From Azolla caroliniana (lineage: Eukaryota > Plantae > Polypodiophyta): 64,000 nucleotides of DNA. The stretch is taken from the NCBI GenBank assembly GCA_043228905.1, contig JBHGNT010000017.1:17360001-17424000 (forward strand). Reading direction: 5' to 3'. Below are positions 12,536 to 26,100 of this stretch, piece after piece (position 1 is the stretch's first letter; each line of letters starts with the position of its first letter). The notes beneath the pieces are model-generated. The model did not search any database, was not told the origin of the DNA, and saw only the letters and a list, made by a program, of their open reading frames with translations. A program made the position numbers and the translations under genes.

Positions 12536-13085
12536 TATATAAAATGATTCTAAATATACTAGGTTTGATGAAATCTGAACCTAACACTATTATCAGTATT
12601 TTTATGCCAAATTTAAACCCAACACAATAGATGGAGAGCAGAAGTTAGCATAAACTTCTTATTTAGTGCTAGGAAAGGTTTCATTCTGTGCTCTATAAGA
12701 GGTGATTGAGTTTTGGGTCTGTATCAAATTAATGCCTTTAACGAGAGATTCATAGGTAAATTTAAATGTAAATGGCATCTACCATCATCTTTATAACACT
12801 TAGGGTAAAACACTAAAGTATTTATCAAAGACACCAAAATCTCAAATTACCAGAAATCCTGTTGTGGGCAACCACCAGCATTTTAAAAGTACGGGTACTT
12901 TAGTGCTTAGGATTGATTGAGATGTTGTGGGGAGGATAATGATGGTGCCAATGCATTCATGCCATCTAAATGCCCTTATTTCGAAGATAATGAGGAAGTA
13001 AACATGGTAGTTAAGGTTCGTTAAATCAGACAAGGCAGTGTACTCATCACTCATATTTGGTACATTATGAAAGAGGTTTTTCTAA

Positions 13086-13382
13086 ACTACGAGCATGCTC
13101 AATTAACAAACTAGCTTATCATACTGATTAATATAAATCAAGATTTATGCACAGCTACAAGCCATGAATACCAATTGACCAAACAAATATGAATTTCCAT
13201 GGTGCAAGACATTGAACTGCATGATATCCAGCTACAAACATGCTCAATTAATTATACACAAACTAGCTTATCGTACTGATTAATATGAATCAAGATGCAC
13301 AGCTACAAGCAGTGAATACCAATTGACCAAAGAAATATGAATTTCCATGGTGCAAGACATTGAACAGCATGATATCCAGCTA
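13086..13382 (+). repeat. ~150-bp two-copy tandem duplication just 3' of the CYP gene
   Basis: catgctcaattaa...aactagcttatc...catggtgcaagacattgaac...catgatatccagcta is present twice. Confidence 0.85.
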
Positions 13383-13497
13383 AATAATACTTCATATCTT
13401 TTACATATGAACAAACATATACACACCAACAATATATACTTTACGTTTGCATAAGCATATATCTTGGGATCTACATTGAAGAAAGCTCTTTGTCACA

Positions 13498-16400
13498 CTA
13501 AAGCATTCTATCTACCTGTGCTGTATGATCCTGAATCTTTTCAAATACTAGAGGCATGCCAAATTGTGGCTTTATGGTGACTATGATGGTAGGAGCATGG
13601 CTGTACTTGGGAGAGACACGGAAACGATATTGTCGCAAGATCAAGGAAAGCACTATTTTGGCCTCAAGCAAAGCGAATGTCTGCCCGATACAATTTCGAG
13701 GTCCTATCGAGAATGGCATAAAAGCACCACTTACCGTACTTGCCTTGGGGATACCCTGTGCAAATCTTTCCGGATTGAAATCATTTGCATCTCGGCCCCA
13801 ACACTGTTGGTCATGATGCCACAGAAGGATTGGCACTACTAAGATTGTCCCTGCAGGGATAGTTATATTCCCGAGCCATGTATCATTGACTGGTGTCCTA
13901 AACAATGCAACTGCAGGAGGATACAATCGCAATGCCTCGTTCAACACCATTCCTACCTGCCATGCCAACAAAGATCTTTGCTGAGCTTCTATTTTCAAGG
14001 AAACACAATGTGATTCTATTTGTAAGAACACTACAAACTTAAAGTAATTGCCAAAATGCCACTCCTTTTGATGGGACGTGAGTTACAGTTTTTGCTTCTG
14101 GTTAATCAAAATTTAGGCATTGTGATTAATTAAACCTCAAATGCTCTAAATTATTGTTTAAATCATTAAGATTTTGCTTCTGATAATCAAGGTCCAGGCG
14201 TCTCTAATTTATCCTTTATGCATCTTGCAACAAATGATCTAAATGAATGAAGAGATTTATTCTTGATTCATTTGTACGGCTTGGTTAGATGTGGCAGGGT
14301 ATGACAAACAAAATCAGTTGCATTTTGTCAAATGCATAAAGCTGTGGCACTCTAAGAAGCAGCAGAATACGATTATCTACCACTTACAACTTTCAAGCGG
14401 TTTATAGACTCTGCAGTCGGTAGCTCTTCCAAACCACACAAAGTGAGCACCTCTTCTCTTGCTCGCTCTTGCCAATGAGGATTGCTTGCAAGAAGTAGAA
14501 ATGTCCAAGTCAACAATGTAGAGGTTGTCTCATGCCCAGCAAAGAAGAAGGTTTTGCATTCATTTACAATTTCATCAAGTCCCATTCTAAATTTCTTCTT
14601 ATTGCCTTGGAGTTGCCCTTTATTGGAAGCTATCATCAGGCCAAGCAAATCATTGCCATAATCTGAACACTCCAACCGCTTTGTAACAAGTCGGCTAAGA
14701 ATCTTGTATATCTTTCTCTTAAGCTTCCATCGATAGCGATTTTCAGCCGTTGGGAGAAATCTGCCACAATAGAACTAAAATGTAAGGATTAAATCTTTGT
14801 GTGTTTCTTTGATAGATGCAGCCGTTGGGAGAAATCTGCCACAATAGAACTAAAATGTAAGGATTAAATCTTTGTGTGTTTCTTTGATAGATGCGGAACA
14901 CATCCGAAGCTAACAATAATGGCAAATGAAGTTGTCAAAAAATTAAGTAAAATAAAAAAATGTTGAAAAGGTGAAAACGCAAAGTCTGCATGCCAATTCA
15001 CACCTTGAACCAGGTATATATACAGTAGAACTGTCCTTTTGGAAGAAAATTTGTTGCTCATGCTGCATTTCAAACACTTGCTTTCCTTCTTTATAGCTGC
15101 TCCCAAAAGAAGTGTGGGCAATGATATCAGCTGTCAACATTTGGAATTCTTCCTGAACATCGATTTCCACAACAGTTTTATGTCCTGTGTCCCACTTCAC
15201 CATCATCTCAATTGTGCATGCTACCATCGTTGGAATCATGGCCTGAAGATACCACTCATGATGTTATAAATTTTTATACATAGAGGCAATTTATTGTAAG
15301 AGGGTACTATGCATTGCACACAATGTCAAACTTCTCTTTTCTTAATAACTAAGGAATTCCAGCAAAGGATCACATTGAGCTTTGTATGCAATACCTTGTT
15401 TTATCTACTAAACATACATAAAAGAAAGAACAGGTTTGCTTCTTACCCTGATATTCTCTGGGAAAAATGCTGGATTCATAATGCGACGATGATTCTCCCA
15501 CATCTCTCCCTCCAATGCTGCCAATCCATATCCAGCCAAATCTCTGTTTGTAGGCCTTCCCTTAGGCTTTTGGTAGCTCCTAAAATTGGTGGACAATATG
15601 TCCTTAGCCTGTTCTGGTTCTGTCAGGGTAAACCGTGCCTGGTAGCCCATCCAGTAAACAAAGGAAGCACCTACATAAACGAGTTAAGGAATACCCTTTT
15701 AACAGTGTACATGTGTACGTGTATGCATGTATATATATATGGGTGCCTGTAGAGGTGCACGTGCAATAGAGAGCATGTTTGTTATACTTCCCATGATATC
15801 TCAGAATATGTCTATGTTCTTTCCTTTGAATGTTTTTAGTATATCAGAATATACACATTCATTGTGGATGAGTATGTAGATCACATGATATCAAGGAGCA
15901 TAACTATATCTATATCTATATATATATACTCTGTTTATTGAATGTATATTTGTGAGAAATACAAATACAGGGGCCTGCCGATCATTACATCATACCAAGG
16001 TTTGCCACTAGCAATAAAATGTATTACACAAGCAAGTTTATGGTGCGGATGCGGATCTGAATTATGGCTATATGATAATAGGATGAGTATACAAGTATGT
16101 TGCATCACATGAATCAACGAAGATCTTATATATTTTTCTGATGCATCAAGAATGAATGACCATTCACTACAATGCAAAATCTTTTGATGCATCAAGAAAT
16201 GAAATGATTCTCAACAAAATAATTCAAATAAACCATTTCAAACGAGAGATGTAAGTAAATATGGAGTTACCATAGGTTTTGGACCATTCATAGAGGTGGG
16301 GCATGATGCGAGGGCCGATGTCATGGGAGATGGTGGGCATGGGATGAGTCCTAGCATCTCTATTGAGTTGTGAAAATTGAGGGAGGTTTCCATACAAGGA

Positions 16401-16571
16401 GCTAGAGGGTAGGCATGGCACCCTTTGCTCTTCAAACACCTTCCTGATGCGTTTTGGCCTCCACCACATGGTCAACACAAAGTTGTTCCATAGAGAGAAG
16501 AACAGAGGAAAACCCACAATCACACACAAGGTGAGTATCAATTCTTTTACCAAGTCCCACCTCTGCTCCAT
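13498..16571 (-). CDS. Cytochrome P450, CYP72 clan (CYP709/72/734-like), 5 exons
   Basis: Exons 16571-16271, 15670-15447, 15242-15004, 14760-14388 and 13956-13498. N-terminal TM + WWRP, WxxHRR, I-helix FFFAGHETT, EALRLYPP, PERF, heme motif PFSIGPRNCIG. The five-exon layout is typical of the clan. Confidence 0.93.
14744..14894. repeat. Perfect 75-bp tandem duplication of the CYP exon-4 splice acceptor
   Basis: cagccgttgggagaaatctgccacaat...gatagatg at 14744-14818 and 14819-14893. Confidence 0.92.
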
Positions 16572-19102
16572 TTTTTGGAGGTATGACTAGAAGTAGTAGA
16601 CTGCTTTATCTGTATCTCAAAAACCTAACCTTTCAATCAAATACCTCTAGAGTGGCAATTGGGTTGCTAACCTCTACAAAATTGGCCCAACACTGGAATT
16701 GGCTTATTAACCTCTAAAATCCCCATCTATGACCAAACACGAACCGCTGGCTATCCGCTGCCTTGCTTAAATGGTCCCCCAAAATGGATTTAGGTTAAGT
16801 TCTAGAAGGTCATCTATGGCCTAGAATAAAACCCCTTAAATACCCCAAGAGACAGAGAACGCAAGCAAACCAATTCGGCTCTAAAGCCCCATCTATGCCT
16901 AATGTGTGGACTTTGGTTAACTCTAGAAACAAACTGGAATTGGGTTGAAAGATCTTAAAAAAACCATCTATGCCAGGTACAGACCTTAAGATTCATTGGC
17001 AAAACACGAAATTCACAATTGCATAAGGGTTGAAATCTTGACAATATGACCTGGTAGGCAAGGTAATCTGATATGTTTGAGTGGGTTCAGCTAGAAAAAC
17101 CCTGTTATAGCAGACGACAAAATTGAGCTGAGCTCTAGTAACCCATTGATGTTATGAATGCATGCCCGAAGAGTCTTCGATCAGTCTATTTTTCCATGAA
17201 CGTAATTATCTAGGCAAACAATGCAACTTGATCTGTCTCTGGGATGCAACTGTAACCTAGTTTGCCTGAAGGCCAGAGAGGAATGTGCCTCCAATGGTGT
17301 CTCACAAGCATCGTCATCATTATATAACACTTTTTTAGACTAATTACAGCTCTAGTTATTGCTGATGGAATGTATTCAATGAATAGTGGAAGAGTTTTGT
17401 TTAGACAGTTTAACATAACCAGTTTTCATCCAACTGATTCACTTGTATGAAAAACATGTAAACCTAAACAGTTTTTGATACAGAGAGGTAAGGTAAACTT
17501 AAAATCCTTTTCTTAACACATTGCCTTTTCTTCATATAAACAAGGACACCAGCACCATTGTAATTGGAGGGCTTTCTGAATGAGCTCAAAGAGTTCCTTG
17601 CATTTGTATCTGTCTAGGAGAAACCTGTACATGAGCTTATTTATTGTAGGGTGTTGAATGATGGATTGATCATTAGGCACCCATAAGGAACCATGAGGAC
17701 CAGATTAATGCTTTCAGTCCCTCTAATGGATTAAAAAGTCAAGTTCTCCTTGACAAAATTGCCAAATGGTTTTACTACAAGCTTTGGAAATGGAAATAAT
17801 TATGGCAAAACAAAAGGAAGCTTTCTTCTGTGGAGGAGTATCGCAGAAAGCATAGGATACTTGTAAGGGAAACACATGCATTATCCCTTAATTAATCACA
17901 ACCATAGCAGAAGTCACCACTGGTGGATGATGATGGTAACATCTGTTTTCAATGAGATTGTAATAAATCATTGGTTAAAATGCAGCAAACAACGTTTAAG
18001 GGAATTACTTGGTGATCCTGAAAGTGGAAGAGAAGCCAATATATTTTTTACCAGTATCATCCTAGAAATTAAACTAATGATTAGTTCATTATTCTATAAT
18101 CATACAACAAACAAGAAATTTAAACATATACTGAGGCTCTTTTGAAGTGTTCTAAAAATCCAACATTACAATCTATCCAAATAAAAATTTGGCAATGATC
18201 CTAAAAATCTTAAGATACTTTTTTCTGTTTAATCCAATAAATTATTTGGCTTCCTACTGAAAATTACCATAACTCACGATACATCATCATCCTTTTCACA
18301 AATCTACCAATTACTATAACTTGAATGGTATACCATCAACATCCTAATGATCCAACATTAATATATGACTCAAGAGAATTCAATGTATAAAGGATCACAT
18401 TTACATGGGATGAATTCCATGAATTATTTTCTGAAGAATCCTCAGTAAAATTGCTTAAAAATAGTGAACCCAAATGTTCCTACATCATATGATTCATATC
18501 TATAATGCAATCATAATAAGACATCAAAATGGTCAGTAAAACTTATACAATAAATAATGACAACATCATTTTCAACACAAAGTTATGGCCTGTACCTCGG
18601 CCAGGCAATCAAAAGCCCAAATAAGATATACCATAAAGGAAATCACTTCTCATCTTTAAAGTCATTTGGGTTTTACTCAAGAGAATAGCAACAGGAAAAT
18701 GCCTTTAGTATCCTCTCACTTCCTGCTGAAATAAGATTTACAGGACATTTAACATTTGCCAAAAGGAGGATTGCTTCTCTTCCTTTCAAGTCAGTGAGCT
18801 CACTACAGTCACCAGCTACAGAAAAATGTCTGCACTCTCAACTCACCTTCAGTGCCAAAAGTCGTGATTATCAACACAAGCCTTCACATGTCCAAAATGA
18901 CATGCAAGTTACTTTGTCTTACAAATTGAATCACCTCAGAATACATAAAAGGAATAAAATGATCCCTTCTTTGATAGGGACATATTACAAAGAATCAAGA
19001 ATACTGAGCAGCACATTAGCACATATAATGAGGTTTAGCCTGAGCAAGCCATGGGCTAGACTAAAGATACAAAGCAGCATTTTGTAATAATAAATGCAAA
19101 TT

Positions 19103-22100
19103 TTACATCATTTGACTTCTGAATGCTTGCTGCAAGTCCAGAACCTGCTGTCTCTGCTCAGGAGGTAAAGTATCAATTTGTTCAGGTGTCAGGTTCATGA
19201 CTTGCTGTAGCAATGCCTTCTGTTGATCAGGCTCTAGGGGAACCTGAACAAAGAGATAATGCATATCAGTTTTCAGCATTATAGATAAGCAGATTTCCTT
19301 TTTTCAACCATAAAACAAAATAGGAAATTACAAGAGACCACCAAAAGTCCATAAGAATTTTGCATTTCTACCAAACTCTGTTCCCTTCATAAATATTTCT
19401 AGCCAGCAAGTTTACGAAACCAGCCAGAATTTTGTTCCACGTTTTTACTAAACAGTGGTACATGCTAAATATTATAACGTTTTTAGTGATAACTGCACTA
19501 ACCTGAGTTAGCTGTTGACTTGGAGGTTGTGTCGTAGGCTGGCTATATACTTGAGAATACACGAGTCCAGCCCCTTCAACTGTACTACTCTGCAATGCTC
19601 CTTGCTGACCAGCCATCACAGTTGCAGATGGAGGCCCCATCATTGAACTACTTGATATTTGTAATTGGTTTGGTGCGTTTGATGATGGTAAGTCGTTTGA
19701 TGATGGTAGTTTATTCCAATTGGCAAATGGTGCTGAACCGTTGTGCATTTCAGTGCTGGCTCCTCTTCCCAATTGAGCAATGTTACCGACACTTGAATTT
19801 GTTGACACCATTAATCCACTCTACATTATGTCAGAATGTTTCACACATACTCTTCACATAGAAATAGATCCATATGATTCCTTATAAAAATTCAAAAGAA
19901 TCTAAATTTTGGTCTTTGAACTGACCTGTATATGTTGTGGCAGTGGCTGACTGGGTAGAGGTGGTGGCATTGCTTGATACGATAAGCCAACTAAGGGAGG
20001 TGGTATTCCACTAGATTCCTGTAACCACCTTCAGGGTCAATACTTCAGGAAATTAAGATTAAACAGCATAGTGTATCACCATCACATTCTTTCTCCCGCA
20101 GATGGGGTATACAGTGCACACACACCCCAAAAAGAAAAGAAACATGTCACGATATATCAATGTCTTCAAAATACCAAAACGGCCTATGAGGCCAAACAAG
20201 AGAGAAGGAATAAAGAAACAGAAGTCGTGCTTATGTTCACAAAACACAAGAAAGAGAGAAAGAACCTGTGAAAGTAGTGGTTGTTGACCCCGAGAGAACT
20301 GGAATCCCACAGCCTGTGCAGCTCGTGGAGATGGGGGACGAGTTTGTGGTAACGGAGGTTGAAGAGGTGGTTGAGGTTGTGTTCCTTGTGGAAACCCAGT
20401 TAGTGGTGCTGATGGTACTTGAATAAGTTGAGGTGGGAGCAATGTTGAAGGGTGAGTGCTCGATTGCTGCAGGGGAGGATGAGGAAACATTTGAAAAGCA
20501 AAATTTTGTGGACGCTGAGATTGAGACTGTTGAGGACCAGGGTGTAGTTGTTGAGCACCGCTAGGTATATGGGCTTGCCCTTGTGATGGGATCATTGGGG
20601 ATAGCTGTCCACTTTGACTTCGTGGAAACTGCACATGTCCATGGTAGGTTAGAATGTCTAAGCAACAATGAACCAACCCAAGAAAGAGTTTCACAAATTC
20701 TGTTTGTAGCAAAGTTCAGAATATGATTGAGAGCTTGCCATGATAGATGGGAATTATCGAATATTAATTGTGTGAGTCATTTGGCTTCTAGTAAGGACCA
20801 TAAGTAGGGTTCAAACTTCATGGTTTTTATTGTTTTAACTAATATTACATCCCAGGTTAACCAAAACACTCAACCAACCTGAGTACTGTAATTTACTTAA
20901 CCGTGGTCAGTTTAAGATTCTATGGTACTCTGATGTATTGATGGTTTGACCTTTATAAATCCATCCACCCAGGTTAACAAAACAATGAACCAACCCAAGA
21001 AAAGAATATTGTAATTTACTTCACTCACCATCTGGGAAAAACAACCCAATATGATCTGTGCCTGAAAATCAGGTAAGTTTAAAATGTTTTAGTGAATGAA
21101 TATAAAATATCCCATGAACCTGCATATTTGATGGTATGAAGTAGAAGTGTCTTAGCACCTGGAGTAATGCTTTTGCCAGCTGTGGAGTTGCTGCCAAAAC
21201 TTGCCGTGCATTTTGCTGATTTTGTTGGATAAAGCCCTACATTCCGAAAGGCCCTTTGCATTATATAACACAACTAAATTCTGAGCTATGAACCATGAGT
21301 TAGTCAAAATTATTTGTGCCTTACCTTCATCAGATGAAGAATTTCAAAAAGTTGGAACCTCGACATACCAGCAAGATGAGTTGTAAGGGGATCAGCCGTG
21401 GGTACCCTACCATTCCCAACTGCACTAGATCCAACAGCCATTTGCGGAGATCCTAAAATACCAGACATTACTCCAGCGGCAGAAACGGCTGCATGAAAAC
21501 CTACAGGCTGGTGTAAAGACAAGTCTCTAGCTACTTTTGGTCCGGCTGTTTGCTTGGACAGATCTGCATGTAAACTAGAATCAAAATCCAAAAGGGACTA
21601 ACTAAAAAAACATTGTCTGTTACTCGGAGTAGATGGCTCACCTACAAGGCCTGGCCCTCCCCGCCCCTACAAATAACCAACCAATTCATGAGCTGAATAC
21701 TCAGAACTCAAGAAAAAAAACTCACATTTTAAAAAATCCATCAAGAAATCTTTACCTGATCTCTGTTCCGGTCTGCAGTTCCTTTCTCATTCTCTGCGAA
21801 ATCTACTCGTAACTGGCGTCCATTTATCTCATACCCCTGTAAATTACGCCGGGCACTCAAAGCTGTTTCCTCATCTTTATACTCACAGAAACCATAACCC
21901 TTTGGTTTTCCTGTATCCCTGTCAACGACCAAACTGGCAGAGAAACCATATTGATAAGATTGACTGCAAGATCCTGGAAGGCAAACCTTAAACCAAAAAC
22001 TGAGCTACTTTTGGCTCATATTCCATAAGTCAGAGTATTAACATATGTGCATATGAAAAGATGACTGAGCAAGTGTATGCATAAAGTACGCATTGGACGG

Positions 22101-24558
22101 CTAACAAGTTCATCTACTCAATCTGCTTGCGATTAATAAAATTGTACTTATGCTTTCAAGAATAATCTCATGATTCAAATGCCCTTTCCCAGACTTTTAC
22201 CACATTACATACAACATCACCTTTTCCGTACAGCTCATTTTACAATAGAACACACAACAGGCCAATTTGAGCACGAGAAAAAACAAGAAAGCTTCGAGTC
22301 ATGTGCAGTATGCTGATAAGCAATTTTGCTCATAAATTATGTCAAAATTACAGCTTAAACATATCTTCATTCTCGACCAATGCTTGTATAATTTCAGTAC
22401 AAAATAATAATCTGCAAATATGCATAGAATCATGATACTCTTTATGATGCCACAATTTAGACGGAGTCAACAGATTTGAATCAAGGATTATTCATAATTA
22501 ACATGATACTCACACATCATCATAAAATAATACCATCCATCATAAACGAATACCATTCATCTTGATTCTTTTGCAATCAAGCCATTAGTCTTGAGTTCAA
22601 ACTTCATATTAAGAATCAAAGAGTTCATCTCAATTGCTATAAATGCTCAAGGAAACCAGACACTTGTACTTCCATTCAGTGAAAGATTTTGCACGTATCA
22701 AATAATAATGGGCAATTTTATTCAAACCTCACAAACACCACCACATTATTGCTAATAATCAACAAGCGAGTTGAGGCAGTTAGAAGATATAGATACAGTT
22801 ACAATATCAAAATAGCTGCTTATACAGCTGGTGAAATTAGTTCTGAGACATCGTTACAAAGCATAAAAGTATACAACGCATTGATGTTAGTTTGAGCCAC
22901 ATCGATTTTAACATCATCGCTGTGTCGTAAAAAATAGTAATTTCAATCAAACTGACCATGCGCAACAAAACATTGATTTTTAAAAAATTATTGATTTTAC
23001 AACATGATCTTTAGGTGTTGGTCAGTATATCTATTCACAGCCATAAGGTTGACAACATGTCACTGCAATGAATGGAAAGCATGATTTCAAAATTTTACGC
23101 GATAAAGTTTAACAGACCACTACAACATGGAACTAGGTAGTAACCAGTTTAATACAGCTAGCACTGAAAGCATGTCGATACAAAGTTAAATTGGAATACT
23201 AGAAGAGAGGACACAAATTTCAAGAATAAAATATTTACAGTTTTGAAAGCGGCATAATAGTAGACTTGAATCAAAATTTACAATTTATTGGCACAGTTAG
23301 TTAGTATTGTTCAGAAATTTTACCCCAAATATTGCACTTCCCAATAAGGGATGGTCAAAACGAATTTCCATACAGAAATTTTAGACTCACAACATTTCCA
23401 TTGTGCAAAATAACAGACACAGTGCATGCTCAAATTATCCACTTCACTTTCATCAAACATTTGCTACATGCATATTTTTCAACATATGAGATACATGAGA
23501 GAGAAAAGATGTACATCAACATTAATTTATATACTTTTCATATTTCTAAAGAAGAACAAACTTTTTTTAACTGCCTGAGATGTTCAAAAAAGGGGAAGCT
23601 CTTTCACCCTGATCTTGAACCCACCGAAAAGAGACGACTGGTCCAACCTCCTCACAGATGCGAATTAAATCTTCCTCTGCCGCATCATATGGTATATTCC
23701 CAACTGTTCCACGAAATTATGTTAGCATGATCTTCAAGAATAACCCAAGACTGCAATGGATAAATTCATTAGAACATATGGCTCATAAACCATCATGAAT
23801 GATAATGATTCCTCCATATAGCATCCTTGGGTATTTAGATTTATAATGAATCAGCTATCACCACCATACAAATGCATCATACACAATCTTGATATATAAC
23901 AGTTCTGTTCCCACCACATCGTAAAACATATCATCACATTATTCATCATGAACAATCATGATAGATAATGATTCACATGTCTCCCAAGCCATGTGCATCA
24001 TGTAGGGTATTCTCTGTTGTAACTACTGTTATATCAATTGATGTTCATATCAACCATCCAACCCATTACGGGTTTTGGATTAGTTAAAACTGATGAATTG
24101 TCAAGACTAATTAAAATAAATCAGGAATTAATCAGTACAAATCTGCAGGAAAAAGGGAATTATATACACAATGCTTGAAAATCAAAGACCTAATGTGAAT
24201 CTTAGCTGGTTCAATTAAATTTGGAAAGTTAAAAAGGACAAACTCTCGAACAGGGGGACCCAAAAAGCTTGAACGTTCCAAGAAAATCCAGATGTCAGCT
24301 AGTCGAAAAGAATAAATGGAAACCAGATGTTGAAACTCAAAATTCTGTTAGCAAAAAAAATGACTTTGAAACCACTTTAAAAAGGGACAAAAGCCATAAA
24401 ATACATATAATCCTACAGTTAGCAAAAACTCTCAAAAACGGCTTTAAATTCCCTCGAAAACATCTAAACGCCGTGCGATTAAGAAAACCCTAAAGTTTAA
24501 AAACAGACAGACGTGAAGAGGGCTTACCAAAGACGCAGCGGTGTTGAGCACTGGCCAT
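19103..24558 (-). CDS. CSTF64: Cleavage stimulation factor 64 kDa subunit
   Basis: Exons 24558-24528, 23703-23625, 21933-21756, 21666-21642, 21563-21325, 21236-21159, 21061-21029, 20628-20266, 20018-19926, 19820-19503 and 19243-19103. RRM ([26 protein letters not shown]), hinge (PLTTHLA..QL), Pro/Gln-rich linker, C-terminal [24 protein letters not shown]. Confidence 0.93.
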
Positions 24559-24576
24559 CGATCTGTTGCAGGGGGT

Positions 24577-24780
24577 AGAGAGAGAGAGAGAGAGAGAGAA
24601 AGTCAAAACAACTCGCGTGCGTCTTCACCAAGAAAAAGAGAGGGACTCAATTCTTGGAAGCTTCAACAAACAGGAAGAAAATCTCAGAAGAGGTGTGGAG
24701 AATCGAGTTGGGAGGAGAGCGGAAGGTCCAAGACCATCTTCTTCTTCTTCTTTCTTCTTCTTCTTCTTCTTCTTCTTGAC
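24577..24780. repeat. (AG)n and (CTT)n microsatellites in the CstF-64 5' region
   Basis: AG run at ~24577-24599 and CTT run at ~24737-24777. Confidence 0.8.
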
Positions 24781-25599
24781 TGTGAAGTTGTGTGGAGAAA
24801 GAACAGAGAACCCACGAGAGCCCAGCTCCTTCGCAAGCTCCAATGGCTCCCTCTCCCTGTCTCTCAGTCTTCTTTTGCGTTTCTTTTGCTTTCTTCCTCT
24901 GTTCTTCTTCTTGCTTTTTTGCTTTTCTGACCATTTTGCCAAAAAAGGAAACTCTTCTCCACCCCCTTTTGGGAAATAATGCCAAAAAAGAACATCTTCA
25001 CTCTTTCTTCTCCTCTCTTAAATCTTTATTGAGGCATGGTCATGGTCATGGTCATGGTATGGGCATGGTCATGGTATGGGCATGGTATGGGTGATAGTGA
25101 TGATATCTAAGCATCTTCAGAGAGCCCAAGAACATGCATGACCCATGGAACCTAGAAAGAGCGCTACAAGAGTTTGATTGCCTGCCCAATGGAAGGTGTA
25201 CGTAGCCACATGTCACCTGTGACCACTTTCCAGAAGATTGCAACTCCTTTGTTTTTAAGCCGTATGGGTACTATGCATGCCTAATTGGGAGAGAGTCTAG
25301 TGGCTAGGCCGATGCATTATTGGGTGATCGACTGTGGGAGGGAACATTGGCACATCACTGTGGAGGTTTCACGTCTGAGTGGAAGAACAAGGTGCATAAA
25401 AGTTGGGTGATCTACGTAGAACAAGAAATGCCACGTGAGCATGTAGTTCGAAAAAATTGAATATCGTAGATCAAAGGCAAAAGCAGTGTGCTCTATCGTG
25501 GAGTAGTTTTTTTCCCATGGGATTAAGTTGTGCTCTACCAACAGTAAAATCTAGCTTTTCATCTCCTCATTCAACTAAAAGTGCATCTACTGCATCGAA

Positions 25600-26100
25600 A
25601 GTTGACTTGTCTATGTATATTTGAAATTCCACTTGATTAGGTTATCGAAGAATGGGGGCATGAGTCATGCATTCTTTGAGTAATGCAAATGTTGTCATGT
25701 GCACATCTTTCCATGCAAAATTCTTTTGAAAAGCACAAAAGGGTCAAGCTTCCTCAGTAACCGTCTTGATAAAGTCTCGACATTAACCCACATAACCTAT
25801 GATGCCTTGCAGTTGCTCCTCAAGAAAACGTGCTTGGGTTCATTGGCAAAAGGGGGTGGAAGTGTTTGTCAAGAACCCTCGAGCTATTAACACTTTGTGT
25901 AAGATGATTTATATGAACTCTTCCCCTTCCTTCTCAAATAGTTCTCAAAACCAATAAGGCAACTAACGCCCCAATAGGTCTTACACATCAAACATATTTG
26001 TTACCGATACAACAATAAGAAACCCATGTTTGGATTGATTAAGATATACCCCAAATGACCACGTAGTGTTCATCTCATGTAAATTGTGAGAGGGAGAGGG
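25600..26100 (-). mobile_element. Possible decayed Copia integrase fragment
   Basis: Minus-strand echoes of WVY, GEEFI (GGEF) and the QxTxP region, broken by stops and frameshifts. Confidence 0.25.

Noticed and set aside
24541-25094. Several overlapping 100-137 aa ORFs
   Set aside because: Low-complexity AG/CTT sequence of the CstF-64 5' UTR and promoter.
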